Shown: positions 16,943 through 26,466 of the stretch, one piece after another
How positions within the stretch are numbered: position 1 is the stretch's first letter
Layout: every line of letters starts with the position of its first letter
NCBI GenBank assembly: GCA_963822965.1
Contig: CAWGJT010000010.1
Location: 1,056,001 to 1,120,000, forward strand
Source: an uncultured delta proteobacterium
Lineage (GTDB): Bacteria; Myxococcota_A; UBA9160; UBA4427
DNA length: 64,000 bases
Reading direction: 5' to 3'
Program-made: the position numbers and the translations under genes
The notes under the pieces: model-generated
Told to the model about the DNA's origin: nothing
Databases searched by the model: none
The model's input: the letters and a program-made list of their open reading frames with translations, nothing else

Positions 16943-17200
16943 CGAATCCACTGGATTCGACTGGGCAGCGGGCCGGCCGGAGCCGCGAGGCCGCGCCGGC
17001 GCCCGGTCGCGGTCGTGACCGGGGTCACCCAGCGGCGCCTCCGTCCCTTCGATCTTCGACTCCAGGCGGGTCCGTGGGCTCGCCGGGCCGGGCGTCCTCC
17101 CGACCTCCGTCGCGGGTCCGATCCGCACGGGCGCACTGAAGCGCCGGTCCCGACCCGCCGAAGAAGCCAGCAGCCCACGTAGTCGCCGGGAGGGCTGTTC

Positions 17201-18655
17201 TTGGCACGGAATCGACGAAAGGCCGCAGGGTCCCTCTCCGCCCTCGAGGCCCAGGCGCGAGCGGCGTTGGATGGGGAAGACCTGGGTCGCGCCCTCGACG
17301 CCTACCAGCAGCTCGAGGCGAAGGACGCCGCCAACCCCGAGTGGCCACGGCAGCTCGCGAATCTCTACCGCCGGACCGGTCGCTCGGACCTCGAGCTCGA
17401 CGCGCTCGTCCGCTGCGCGGATCGCCACGCCGCACGCCGGGAGTTCCTGCCGGCCCTGGCCACCTACAAGATGATCCTCAGCACCGACCCCGGCCACGTA
17501 GTGGCCCAGCAGCGCCTGAGCGAGCTGCAGCCCAACGACGCCGTGTCGGTCAACTACGCCGACGACGACGTCTACGCGCGACCGGCCCCGGAGGCGCCCT
17601 CCGCGCGGTTTCCCCTGGCCATGCCCCGGGAATCGGCGCCCCTGGACGAGCTCGTCCTCACCGACATCGTCGTGGGCGCGCATCCCGCCCACATGGCCGA
17701 CGACACCCTGGACGGCGTCCACGAGATTCCCCTGGACGTGCTCGCCGACATGTCCCGGGATCCCGGCCCGGCCGATCTCGAGACCGAGCCCTCCCCCGCC
17801 CAGGCCGCCGGCCTCGAGCGATCGCCGCTGTTCAGCTCCCTCGACCGGCAGTCGCTCGCGAAGCTCGTCCAGCAGGTCCGCCTGGTGGAGCTGGAGGCCG
17901 GAGCCGTGCTGTTCCGTCAGGGCGACCCGGCCGGCGCGCTCTACCTCGTCGTCCAGGGGGCGGTGGTGCCCATCGCCGAGGGCGAGCCCCGAACCCGGCT
18001 GGCGGTGCTCGAGCCCGGGGAGTTCTTCGGCGAGATCGCGCTCTTCACCAACCAGCCCCGCAACGCCACGATCGAGGCCCTGGTCGACTCCCAGCTGCTG
18101 GCGATCGACCGCGCCGTCATGTGGCGCCTCGTCCAGGAGCACGCACAGGTGCTGTCGGTGCTCCTCCACTTCCTGCGCGAACGCCTCATCCACCGACTGG
18201 TCCGAACGAGCCCCCTGTTCCAGATCTTCTCGACCACCAAGCGATCCGCCATCGCCCGACGCTTCCGCTTCCTCGAGGTCTCCGACGGGCACGCCGTGAT
18301 CGAGCAGCATCACCCGGCCGACGGCTTGTTCATCCTGCTCTCCGGCCGCATGGACGTGGTCCATCGGGAGGAGGAGCCCGCCGAGGGCGGGGAGAAGGTG
18401 CTCGCCACCCTGGGGCCGGGCGACCTGTTCGGAGAGATGTCCCTGCTGTGGCGCGAGCCGTCGCTGGCCAGCGTCGAGGCTCGCGGTAAGTGCTGGGTGC
18501 TGGCGCTCCCGGCCCAGAGCTTCCGCGAGATGCTCGATCACCACCCGGAGCTGGCCGAGCTGGCGGCCCGCATCGCCGACGAGCGCCGCCGGAAGAACAA
18601 GCGAACCCTGCGCGACGCGCTGCGCCACCGGGACGGCAAGGCGGGCATCATCTAG
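17201..18655 (+). CDS. TPR + tandem cyclic-nucleotide-binding domain protein
   Basis: N-terminal TPR-like helices; two cNMP domains (LFRQGD...GEFFGEIAL...PRNATI; GDLFGEMSL). Confidence 0.88.
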   Translation: MARNRRKAAGSLSALEAQARAALDGEDLGRALDAYQQLEAKDAANPEWPRQLANLYRRTGRSDLELDALVRCADRHAARREFLPALATYKMILSTDPGHVVAQQRLSELQPNDAVSVNYADDDVYARPAPEAPSARFPLAMPRESAPLDELVLTDIVVGAHPAHMADDTLDGVHEIPLDVLADMSRDPGPADLETEPSPAQAAGLERSPLFSSLDRQSLAKLVQQVRLVELEAGAVLFRQGDPAGALYLVVQGAVVPIAEGEPRTRLAVLEPGEFFGEIALFTNQPRNATIEALVDSQLLAIDRAVMWRLVQEHAQVLSVLLHFLRERLIHRLVRTSPLFQIFSTTKRSAIARRFRFLEVSDGHAVIEQHHPADGLFILLSGRMDVVHREEEPAEGGEKVLATLGPGDLFGEMSLLWREPSLASVEARGKCWVLALPAQSFREMLDHHPELAELAARIADERRRKNKRTLRDALRHRDGKAGII

Positions 18656-18866
18656 CCCTGATCCGGCATGCGGATCAGGGCGCAACTCCCAATGCCGTTC
18701 GGATTCACGAGGCTGCTCGGTCCGCGCTGCGATCCGAATCCGCCCCCAGGATCTCACGACGATGAGGTTGTCGCGCTCAGGCTGATCGGAGCGATCTCGC
18801 GGGATCCGCCAGGGCTGGCCGGCTCTGCGCACGCGAGAAGCTCGAGGAATGACGCGTTGGGGCTAG
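18652..18866. mobile_element. MITE-like element family B, copy 1 (207 bp between CTAG duplications)
   Basis: Flanked by CTAG at 18652-18655 and 18863-18866; aligns along its length with 24807-25015; imperfect terminal IRs. Confidence 0.8.
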
Positions 18867-20134
18867 AAGCGGTCGCTCTCCCAGGTGGCCGCGCGCAACG
18901 ACAGGCTGTACTCGCTGCAGTCGGTGTCCCGCGGCAGGGCCATCTTGCGGGTGGTCCGCTGGCGCGCCGGGACCGGGTCGACGACCACCTCGAAGCGGCC
19001 GCCCGGGCACTCGACCTCCGCCGAGAACTCGCGCACGCCCGTGCGCGCGCGATTGACCCCGGTCACCTCGACCTCGACCCGGCCGTCCCGCCAGCGCAGC
19101 AACCGTGACTCGAGCCGCAGCCACTGCGCGATGTCGAGCTTCCGGTTCTCGTCGCCGCCGAGCGCGCCGAGCTGGATCTGATGGTGCTCGTGGTCGAGGG
19201 AGACCTGGAACTGTCCCGTGACGTTGAGCCCCAGCAGCCCCGACACCTCGTCGGTGGCACACGGCTCGCACACCGCGACGGTCACCCACTCCACCACCGC
19301 GTCGCCCAGCCACACCGCATCCACCAGCACGAGGGGCGCCTCGATTTCGCCGTTGGCCGTGCGCAGGAGGACGAGCGGCGCGTCGTCGGGGACCTCGACC
19401 TCGAGCAGATCGAGGGCGGCGCGGTTCAGCGTGGTGTAGGTGGCTCCCGTGTCGAAGATCATCGGGAACTCCTCGCCGTAACGGGGGCCGTCGAAGAAGG
19501 CCGCCACCCGCATGCTCTCGCCGCGCCCCTCGTAGGGAATCACGACCTCGCCCTGGGCCTCGCGCTGCTCGGCGACGCGCCGGGCGGCTTCGGCTGCCTG
19601 CGCCGCCTCGGCCGCCGTCCCCGGCAGCGGGGCCGCCAACGGCGTGGGCGCGGGCTCCGCCCCGAGCAGCGACACGAGCCCGCCGCCCAGAGCGCGCACC
19701 CGCCCACCGCCGGTCTCGCCGAAGGGGCTCGCCAGCACCGTCAGCCCCGCCTCGGTCGCCTGGCTGCGCTCCCCGGGAAAGTAGAAGGGCATCACCAGCA
19801 GGACCGCCAGTGACCAGAACCAGGCGCATCCGGCCAGCTCGGCCAGCCGGAAGCCCGTCCCGACGAGCGTCCCGAGGCCGACGATCGGAAGCAGCACGAG
19901 GGCCAGTCCGGTCACCAGGGCCGGCAGCACGGCGAGGTTGCGGGCGAGCCCGAGCCCGGTGAGGACGGCGACCGCGAGCGCGACCATCGGCAGCGCCGTG
20001 ACCGCGAGAGTCACCGCGATCCAGCCCGCCGGGCGCCGCCCGCTCGGTTCCTCGCCCTGCGCGGCTGCGAGAGCGTCTTCTCCGCCTTCCCCCCTGGCCA
20101 CGGGGGGAGCATCACCCAGGCGTGGAGGCCCCAC
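18863..20134 (-). CDS. Membrane-anchored retropepsin-like aspartic protease; start uncertain
   Basis: N-terminal TM helices; MIFDTGATYTTL, RTANG, GLLGLN. Confidence 0.85.
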   Translation of the reverse strand: MGPPRLGDAPPVARGEGGEDALAAAQGEEPSGRRPAGWIAVTLAVTALPMVALAVAVLTGLGLARNLAVLPALVTGLALVLLPIVGLGTLVGTGFRLAELAGCAWFWSLAVLLVMPFYFPGERSQATEAGLTVLASPFGETGGGRVRALGGGLVSLLGAEPAPTPLAAPLPGTAAEAAQAAEAARRVAEQREAQGEVVIPYEGRGESMRVAAFFDGPRYGEEFPMIFDTGATYTTLNRAALDLLEVEVPDDAPLVLLRTANGEIEAPLVLVDAVWLGDAVVEWVTVAVCEPCATDEVSGLLGLNVTGQFQVSLDHEHHQIQLGALGGDENRKLDIAQWLRLESRLLRWRDGRVEVEVTGVNRARTGVREFSAEVECPGGRFEVVVDPVPARQRTTRKMALPRDTDCSEYSLSLRAATWESDRF

Positions 20135-21641
20135 CAGCCGGCCCGCCCGGCGCTCGCTCCGGCCGGGCTCCGGCCGCCCGAGCGGCCACCGCGAAGGCCT
20201 CCTCGGGCGAGTAGACGAGCTGGTGCCTGCCCCAGAGCGCGAAGTAGACGAGCCCCAGCGCGTACCAGATGGCCGCGCCGACGACGACCTTCTGGTAGAC
20301 GGGATCGGCCACGAACAGCGCCACTGCGGTGAGCCCCGCGATCACCAGGGCCACCAGGGCGCCCGGAACGCCCAGGGGGCTGCGGTACGGACGCTCCACG
20401 TGGGGCAGGCGCCAGCGCAGCAGCACGAACGACGCCATCTGCAGCACGTAGGAGAGGACCGCGCCGAAGACCGCCATGTTGAGGAGCACGGCGCCGACGG
20501 GGTGCTTCGGGCCGAGCACGTGGATCGTGAGGGCCACGCCGTACCCGAGCGCCGCGCCCACCACCAGCGCCACGTGCGGCGTGTGCCGCACCGGATGGGT
20601 GCGCGAGAGCCAGCGCGGGAAGTAGCCGGCTCGCGAGAGCGAGAAGATCTGCCGTCCATAGGCGAAGATGATCGAGTGGAAGCTCGCCACCAGGCCCGCC
20701 ACCGCGACCAGGGCCAGGGCGCGCGTCCCGAGACCGGCGCCGAAGACCGTCCGCAACCCGTCGAAGAGCGGCTCGTCCGAGTGTCCGAGAACCGCGGCGC
20801 CCGGCGCGATGCCCGCCGACAGCACCAGGGTGGCGAAGGCACACAGCACCAGCGTGGCGAGCCCCAGCAGGATGCCCCGGGGCATGTCGACCCGGGGATC
20901 GTGGGATTCCTCCGCCGCCAGGGGGAGCTGCTCGATGGCCAGGTAGAACCAGATGGCGAAGGGCAACGCGGCGACCACGCCCGACAGGCCCCGGGGCAGG
21001 AAGCGCGTGGCGCCGGGGCTCGGCTCGAGCGTGTAGGCGTAGCGCGCCAGGTCCAGCTCGAAGAGGGCTCCGGCATAGAAGAGGACGAGGATCGCCAGCG
21101 CCAGTGCCGTGATGACCACGGTGAAGCGGAAGGAGGCCTCCACCCCCACCACGTTCAGGCCGACGAAGATCGCGTACGCCAGCGCCCACCAGGCCGGCGC
21201 CCACGCGTCCGGCGTCTCGAAGATGGCGCCGAGGTAGCCACCGATGCCGACCACGATCACCGCCGGCGTGAGGATGTACTCCATGTTCTCGGCGAGACCG
21301 GTCACGTAGCCGCCCCACGGTCCCATGGCGGAGCGCGCGAACGAGTAGGCGCCGCCCGTGTGCGGGAGCGCGGGCGACATCTCCGCGATGCTGAAGCAGA
21401 GGCCCGCGTACATCACGGTGATCACCAGCGTGGCGATCAGCAGCCCCCCGAAGCCGCCGGCGAGGAGTCCGAAGTTCCAGCCGAAGAAGTCGCCGCTGAT
21501 GACGGCGCCCACCCCCAGCGCCCACAGGGAGCCGACCCGCGCGTGCCGGCGCAGGCGCCGGGCCTCGAAGTAGCCCGACTCCACCGGGTTGTAGGCGACC
21601 CCGCCGCTCCGCTCGGGCGCGCCGCCCGTGTCGTCGCTCAT
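20112..21641 (-). CDS. APC-family amino acid / ethanolamine permease
   Basis: LWALGVGAVISGDFFGWNFG, FAIWFYLAIE, SFHSIIFAYGRQIFSLSRAGYFP, SPEE. Confidence 0.9.
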   Translation of the reverse strand: MSDDTGGAPERSGGVAYNPVESGYFEARRLRRHARVGSLWALGVGAVISGDFFGWNFGLLAGGFGGLLIATLVITVMYAGLCFSIAEMSPALPHTGGAYSFARSAMGPWGGYVTGLAENMEYILTPAVIVVGIGGYLGAIFETPDAWAPAWWALAYAIFVGLNVVGVEASFRFTVVITALALAILVLFYAGALFELDLARYAYTLEPSPGATRFLPRGLSGVVAALPFAIWFYLAIEQLPLAAEESHDPRVDMPRGILLGLATLVLCAFATLVLSAGIAPGAAVLGHSDEPLFDGLRTVFGAGLGTRALALVAVAGLVASFHSIIFAYGRQIFSLSRAGYFPRWLSRTHPVRHTPHVALVVGAALGYGVALTIHVLGPKHPVGAVLLNMAVFGAVLSYVLQMASFVLLRWRLPHVERPYRSPLGVPGALVALVIAGLTAVALFVADPVYQKVVVGAAIWYALGLVYFALWGRHQLVYSPEEAFAVAARAAGARPERAPGGPAGGASTPG

Positions 21642-21711
21642 GCCGGCGCCGAGGGTGCCCCATCCCCGCACTGCTCGACAGGCCGGGCAACGCCCGTGGC
21701 CGGCCGCCTCA

Positions 21712-21870
21712 GAGCCTGTGAAGGAATCCTCGACCGAGTCAGACGCTGCGCCGGTGGGTCGGATGCAAGGCGCGACGACGAGGCGTAGCGCGCCTACGGC
21801 GAGGAGGAGCAACGCCGCAGACGGCCCACCGCCGCAAGCCTGGCGACCGAGAGGATTCCTTCACAGGCTC
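21712..21870. mobile_element. MITE-like element family A, copy 1 (159 bp)
   Basis: Perfect TIR GAGCCTGTGAAGGAATCCTC...GAGGATTCCTTCACAGGCTC; TCA direct repeat at 21709-21711 and 21871-21873. Confidence 0.85.
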
Positions 21871-22791
21871 TCAGGGCAAGGGGTACCCGAACTCCGCCAG
21901 GCCCAGGGCTCGGGACTTCTCGAGCCGGGCGTTCGATTCCCGGAAGCGATCCTCGATGGCCCGGATCGACGCCGGGTCGAGGAAGTCCTCCAGCTCCTGG
22001 ACGTGGCCCATGAAGGGCAGCCGATCGATGGCGGGGATGATGGCGTCCAGCAGGCTGTGGAAGCCCGGCACGTCCACGATGCAGGACGAGTTGGGCATCT
22101 CGCGATTGTGGAAGAGGTTCAGGACACGCAGCAACGCCAGGGTGCCGCTGCGATAGCCCGCGTTGACCGCGCCGACGGGCACGGCTCCCGCGTCCACCTC
22201 GAGGTCGAGATCTCGGGCGAAGCGCACCACGAAGTCGCGCGGGCGGGTCGAGAAGTCCTCGTAGAGGTACACGTTCACGTTCTCGGCGCCGAAGAGCGAC
22301 TCGTACAGCGAGATCAGGCGGTCGTAGACCAGGAAATCGAGTGAGAAGTTCGGCGTCTTGTGGGGCGACCTCGAGGGCGTGAGGAAGTGCTGGATGCGGT
22401 GGGTGCCGCCGCTCTTGATGTACTGCTTGTACGCGGAGGTCACCATCGTCCGCTGGTTGCGGATGAAGACCACGACGCGCCCCTCCGGCAGGCAGGCGTG
22501 CAGCCGCTCGGCGATTTCGCGCGAGAAGGCGCCGTGCAGGCCCCCCGTATGCAGGTTGCCCGAGAGCTCCTCCTCGCTCACGACGACGCGACCCGCGCGT
22601 CCCTCGAGCAGGCGCGCGCGCGCTGCCGCCGCGTCGAAGGAGACCGGCGTGGGCACCAGGATCTGGTTGCGGATCTCGATGCGAGGCACGAGCGCGACGT
22701 CGCGACAGCGGGGAAAGAACACGCGCTGCAGCCACGAGCTGCCCGTCTTGTGGTACCCGATGTGCAGGATGGGGGCGTTGGAATCGCTCAC
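21871..22791 (-). CDS. Sulfotransferase-like protein
   Basis: LHIGYHKTGSSWLQ (PAPS-binding loop), VVSEEELSG, VFIRNQ...SAY, YLYEDF. Confidence 0.8.
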   Translation of the reverse strand: MSDSNAPILHIGYHKTGSSWLQRVFFPRCRDVALVPRIEIRNQILVPTPVSFDAAAARARLLEGRAGRVVVSEEELSGNLHTGGLHGAFSREIAERLHACLPEGRVVVFIRNQRTMVTSAYKQYIKSGGTHRIQHFLTPSRSPHKTPNFSLDFLVYDRLISLYESLFGAENVNVYLYEDFSTRPRDFVVRFARDLDLEVDAGAVPVGAVNAGYRSGTLALLRVLNLFHNREMPNSSCIVDVPGFHSLLDAIIPAIDRLPFMGHVQELEDFLDPASIRAIEDRFRESNARLEKSRALGLAEFGYPLP

Positions 22792-23852
22792 GGTCTCTCC
22801 CCCGGTGGCGCGAGCCCCGACTCGGGGGCGACCTCTTCCGGGGTCAGCACCCCCTGCGCCAGCAGGGTCTCGACGATGGCCCGTGCGGCCATGGCGTGAC
22901 CGCGCGCATTCCAGTGGGTGTCGCCGGGAAAGTGGATCGAATCGATCCCCTCCCGATCGGCGGGAAAGAAGCGCATCAGGTCGGGGAAGTCGAACCCGGA
23001 CAGATCCACCCGGTAGCGCCGCTCGAGACACTCCTCGGGATGCGGTAGGAACAGCAGGGCGAAGCGCGCGCCCCGCGCGTGCGCGATGCGCCGGGCCTCC
23101 TCGATCACCGCGTGCGCCTCCTCCTCGACCGGCGGGGGATCCAGGAGCTCGAAGAGGCGCTGCCAGCCCGCCCCGGTGAAGCGGGCCTGGAACAGGAGCG
23201 CCTTCAGCCGGTTCCACGGCGTGTCCAGGGTGACGGTCACCAGCCGCCCGCCCTGCAGGTCCGGGTAGTGCTCGATGTGCCCCTTGGAGCGGCGCAGGAG
23301 CTGTCGCGAGGGGTAGCGGAAGTGCTTGAAGCTGCGCTCGAGGTCGTTCGAGATGGGCGCGAAGAGCACCAGGTCGCCCGGCTCGATGCGGTCGGCCAGC
23401 CCGGCCAGCCGTTGCAGCTCCTGCACGAGCCCGTAGCCCATCACCCCGGCGTTCATCACGTGGACCCCGGGCGCCAGCAGCCGGCTCGCCATCACGCTCG
23501 TATAGGTCGCGTCGTCCGGCACCCCGTGCCCGAAGGTGAAGGAGTCCCCGAATACCCAGATGCGCTCCCTGGCGGCGCCGCGGTTCGCGACGTGGCGCAG
23601 GCCGTCGGGATCGATCCCGTACTCCACCGCGAATTCGCCCGGGCTCACGTGGCGGCCCCGGCTGCCGGGCTGCAGCGCCCAGCCGAGCCGGGGATCGGGC
23701 TGGTGCACGCCCTCGATCTGCTCCTCCTCGTCCGCCGCGACCACCTTGCGATAGCCCAGGCCCACGTCGATCCCGAGGAGCAGCAGGACGAGGCCCAGCG
23801 AGACGAGCGCCGGGGCGAGATGCTTGCGAATCGCGACCGCCTCCGATTCCAT
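22788..23852 (-). CDS. SGNH/GDSL hydrolase family membrane-anchored protein
   Basis: PDPRLGW, VFGDSFTFGHGV, NAGVMGYG, ND, DTHWNARGH. Confidence 0.85.
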   Translation of the reverse strand: MESEAVAIRKHLAPALVSLGLVLLLLGIDVGLGYRKVVAADEEEQIEGVHQPDPRLGWALQPGSRGRHVSPGEFAVEYGIDPDGLRHVANRGAARERIWVFGDSFTFGHGVPDDATYTSVMASRLLAPGVHVMNAGVMGYGLVQELQRLAGLADRIEPGDLVLFAPISNDLERSFKHFRYPSRQLLRRSKGHIEHYPDLQGGRLVTVTLDTPWNRLKALLFQARFTGAGWQRLFELLDPPPVEEEAHAVIEEARRIAHARGARFALLFLPHPEECLERRYRVDLSGFDFPDLMRFFPADREGIDSIHFPGDTHWNARGHAMAARAIVETLLAQGVLTPEEVAPESGLAPPGERP

Positions 23853-23936
23853 GCGCTTCGGGTACAGCCGAGCGCCGACGCTGCGGGGGGACCGGCCGGA
23901 GCCGGCGAGCGCGCAGGATAACCGACCCGAGGAGCC

Positions 23937-24806
23937 GTGAGCGACTCTGCCAGCCACGCCGCGACCGAAGCCGAGAAGGCCGGCCGGCCGGGAATCGCCC
24001 CGGACCAGGCGCCGCGGATCGTCTACGTCGCGAGCGTCACCCACAGCGGCTCGACCCTCGTCGATCTGGTCCTCGGGGCCCACTCGCAGCTCGAGAGCCT
24101 CGGCGAGCTGAAGGTCCTCTCGCGCGCCCGCAACGACAAGCGCGAGCGCGTGCTGGCGGCTCGCTGTACCTGCGGCGCCGACTCCAAGGAGACGTGCACG
24201 TTCTGGCGCGGCGTGGACGCGCGGCTCCGGCAGGACGTCGGCTGCGGGCTGCACGAGGTGGACCTGGACGCTCCGGACGAGCCGACCTTCCGGTCCCACA
24301 ACCGGGCGCTGTTCGCCGCCGCGTCGGCCGTCTCCGGCGCCTCGTGGATCGTCGACTCCTCGAAGAGCCCGCGGCGCCTGCGGCGGCTGCTGGCGACGGG
24401 CTTCGACGTGCGTCCCATCCATCTCACCCGCAGTCCCTACGGCGTCACCTATTCGCACATCAAGAAGGGGCGGAGCACGGCGCAGGGCGCGCTGCGGTAC
24501 ACGAAGACACGGCTGCAGCTCGAGTGGCTGCTGCGGGGCGTACCGCACGCGACGCTTCGCTACGAGTCGTTCGTTCGGCAGCCGGAAGCCGAGATGGGCC
24601 GCATCATGGCCTGGCTCGGCCTCGGCTTCGAGCCGAGCCAGCTCGACTGGACCGCCGGGCCGCACCACAACATCTGCGGCAACCGCATGCGCTTCGCGAC
24701 GACGCCGGAGATCCGCCTCGACGAGGCCTGGCGAAACGCGTTGTCGCCGCTCCAGAAGGGCGCCGTCGCGGGGCTGACGTGGCCCGCCCGGCTGCTGCGG
24801 AGCTAG
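23937..24806 (+). CDS. Sulfotransferase family protein
   Basis: HSGSTLVDLVLGAH, CTCG...CTFW, IVDSSKS, LRYESFV..P, HNICGNRMRF. Confidence 0.85.
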   Translation: MSDSASHAATEAEKAGRPGIAPDQAPRIVYVASVTHSGSTLVDLVLGAHSQLESLGELKVLSRARNDKRERVLAARCTCGADSKETCTFWRGVDARLRQDVGCGLHEVDLDAPDEPTFRSHNRALFAAASAVSGASWIVDSSKSPRRLRRLLATGFDVRPIHLTRSPYGVTYSHIKKGRSTAQGALRYTKTRLQLEWLLRGVPHATLRYESFVRQPEAEMGRIMAWLGLGFEPSQLDWTAGPHHNICGNRMRFATTPEIRLDEAWRNALSPLQKGAVAGLTWPARLLRS

Positions 24807-25019
24807 CCGTGATCCGTCATGCGGATCAGGGCGCAACTTCCAATGCCCGCCGAATCGCTGCGTCTTGCTCGGTCCGTGCCGCGATCCGAGCCTGGCGCCA
24901 GGATCTCATGGCAATGAGGTTGTCGCGCCCGGGCTGATTCCGGCGATCTCGCAGGATCCGCAAGGGCTGGCAGGGCCTGCGGCACGCGGAAGGCGCGCTG
25001 AATGACGCATTGGGGCTAG
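24803..25019. mobile_element. MITE-like element family B, copy 2 (209 bp between CTAG duplications)
   Basis: CTAG at 24803-24806 and 25016-25019; homologous to 18656-18862. Confidence 0.8.
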
Positions 25020-25178
25020 GAGCCTGACCCAAGACACCTCGCGCCGCCCTGACGCCGATGCATCGCCGCTGGCTGCGTTGCGCTGCGTCGCCGTAGCCCG
25101 CGCTACGGCCTCCTCACGCGCCTTGCCAGTGGCGCGCCTCGACGCCAGGGCTTTCCACGGGAGTCTTGGGTCAGGCTC
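25020..25178. mobile_element. MITE-like element family A, copy 2 (159 bp, inverted relative to copy 1)
   Basis: TIR GAGCCTGACCCAAGAC...GTCTTGGGTCAGGCTC, flanked by CTAG on both sides; shares the internal GCAAGGCGCG...CGTAGCGC...CTACGGCGA...GCAACGC core. Confidence 0.85.
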
Positions 25179-25195
25179 CTAGCCGGCGGCGGCGC

Positions 25196-26347
25196 TCAGT
25201 CGAGCAGCACGGCCAGGTAGCGCTCGCCCACGATCTCGACGGTGAACTCCCGGGCCCGGCGGCGGCGCACGTCGGAGTCGCCCGGGTCGCGCAGGCAGGC
25301 GCCGATGGCGTCCGCCATCGCGGACACGTCGCCTACGGGCACGAGGCGCCCGTAGCGGCCACCCTCCAGGATTTCGCTCGGGCCGCTGGGACAGTCGGTG
25401 CTCACCACCGGACAGCCGGTGGCCAGCGCTTCCACCAACACGTTCCCGAATCCCTCCCAGGCCGAGGACAGCACGAAGACCGCCGCGCGCGCCATGGCGG
25501 AGACGGGGTTCGGGTCGAAGCCCGGCAGTGCCACGTCCCGGGCGATCCCCAGCTCCTCGGCCAGCGCCTGCAGGCGCTCGAGCTCGCGTCCTTCGCCCAG
25601 GACGAGCAGGCGTGCCTCGGTGGTGGCGCGCACCCGGGCGAAGGCGCGGAGCAGGGTCGGGAAGTCCTTCTGGGGCACGAGCCGGCCCACCCCCAGCACC
25701 ACGGGCGGCCCGGGCTCGCGCAGCCACGCGATGCCCCGGCGGCTCCTGGGCGCGCTTCTCGAGCCCGGCGTCCACCGACGGGTTGTGGATGACGTGCAGC
25801 TGCGACGGCCGGCCGCCACGCTGCCGGATCACGTCCTCGCCCACGCCATGGGAGATGGCGATGATGCGGTCGGCTCGCGGGAACAGGTGGCGGACCCGGC
25901 GCATGCGGCGGCGCTGGCCCCAGGTGCCCTCGACCTCGGGCGAGCGGGTGAGCTGGTTGTCGATGCGGAGCACCAGGCGGCTCTCCGACCTGGCGAGCCG
26001 GTGCGCGAGCACCGCCGCCACGTTGACCGAGTCGGAGCTGGACATGAGCGCGTCGGGCTGCTCGACCCGCAGGTAGCGGGCCAGGGGACGCACGGCCGCC
26101 AGCATGCGGCGCCGCTTCTTGGCGGCGAGTAGATCGGAAGCCGCGTCAGCCAGTTGCCGAGCTCCACGATGCGGACGCGAGCGTCGACCCGGTCGTGCAG
26201 CACGCCGCCCGGCTTCGCGAGCAGCAGGTCGACGCGATGCCCCGCCTCGACGAAGAAGTTGGCGAGGCTCACCATCTTGCGCTGGGCGCCGCCACCGCCG
26301 AGGTTCGAGATGAACAGCGCGATGTGGGCCGCGTCACGGCGTTGCAT
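25196..26347 (-). CDS. Family 4 glycosyltransferase (apparent frameshifts near 26130 and 25740)
   Basis: [59 protein letters not shown] spread over three frames. Confidence 0.85.
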
Positions 26348-26410
26348 CGACGTCCCCCCGGCGGCCGGCTGGCCCGATTGCCGTCCGACGCGGCCTACCA
26401 TACCCGGACT

Positions 26411-26460
26411 CGCGCGACGAAGCCGGCCCGGCCGCGCGACGAAGCCGGCCCGGCCGCGCG
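26411..26460. repeat. 22-bp tandem duplication between the two glycosyltransferases
   Basis: CGCGCGACGAAGCCGGCCCGGC x2 plus a partial copy. Confidence 0.9.
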
Positions 26461-26466
26461 CGGAGG

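Noticed and set aside
15866..18832. Long antisense or alternate-frame ORFs (also 51708-55244, 8005-10773, 12940-15471)
   Set aside because: Shadow ORFs typical of high-GC DNA, overlapping well-supported genes and lacking recognisable motifs.
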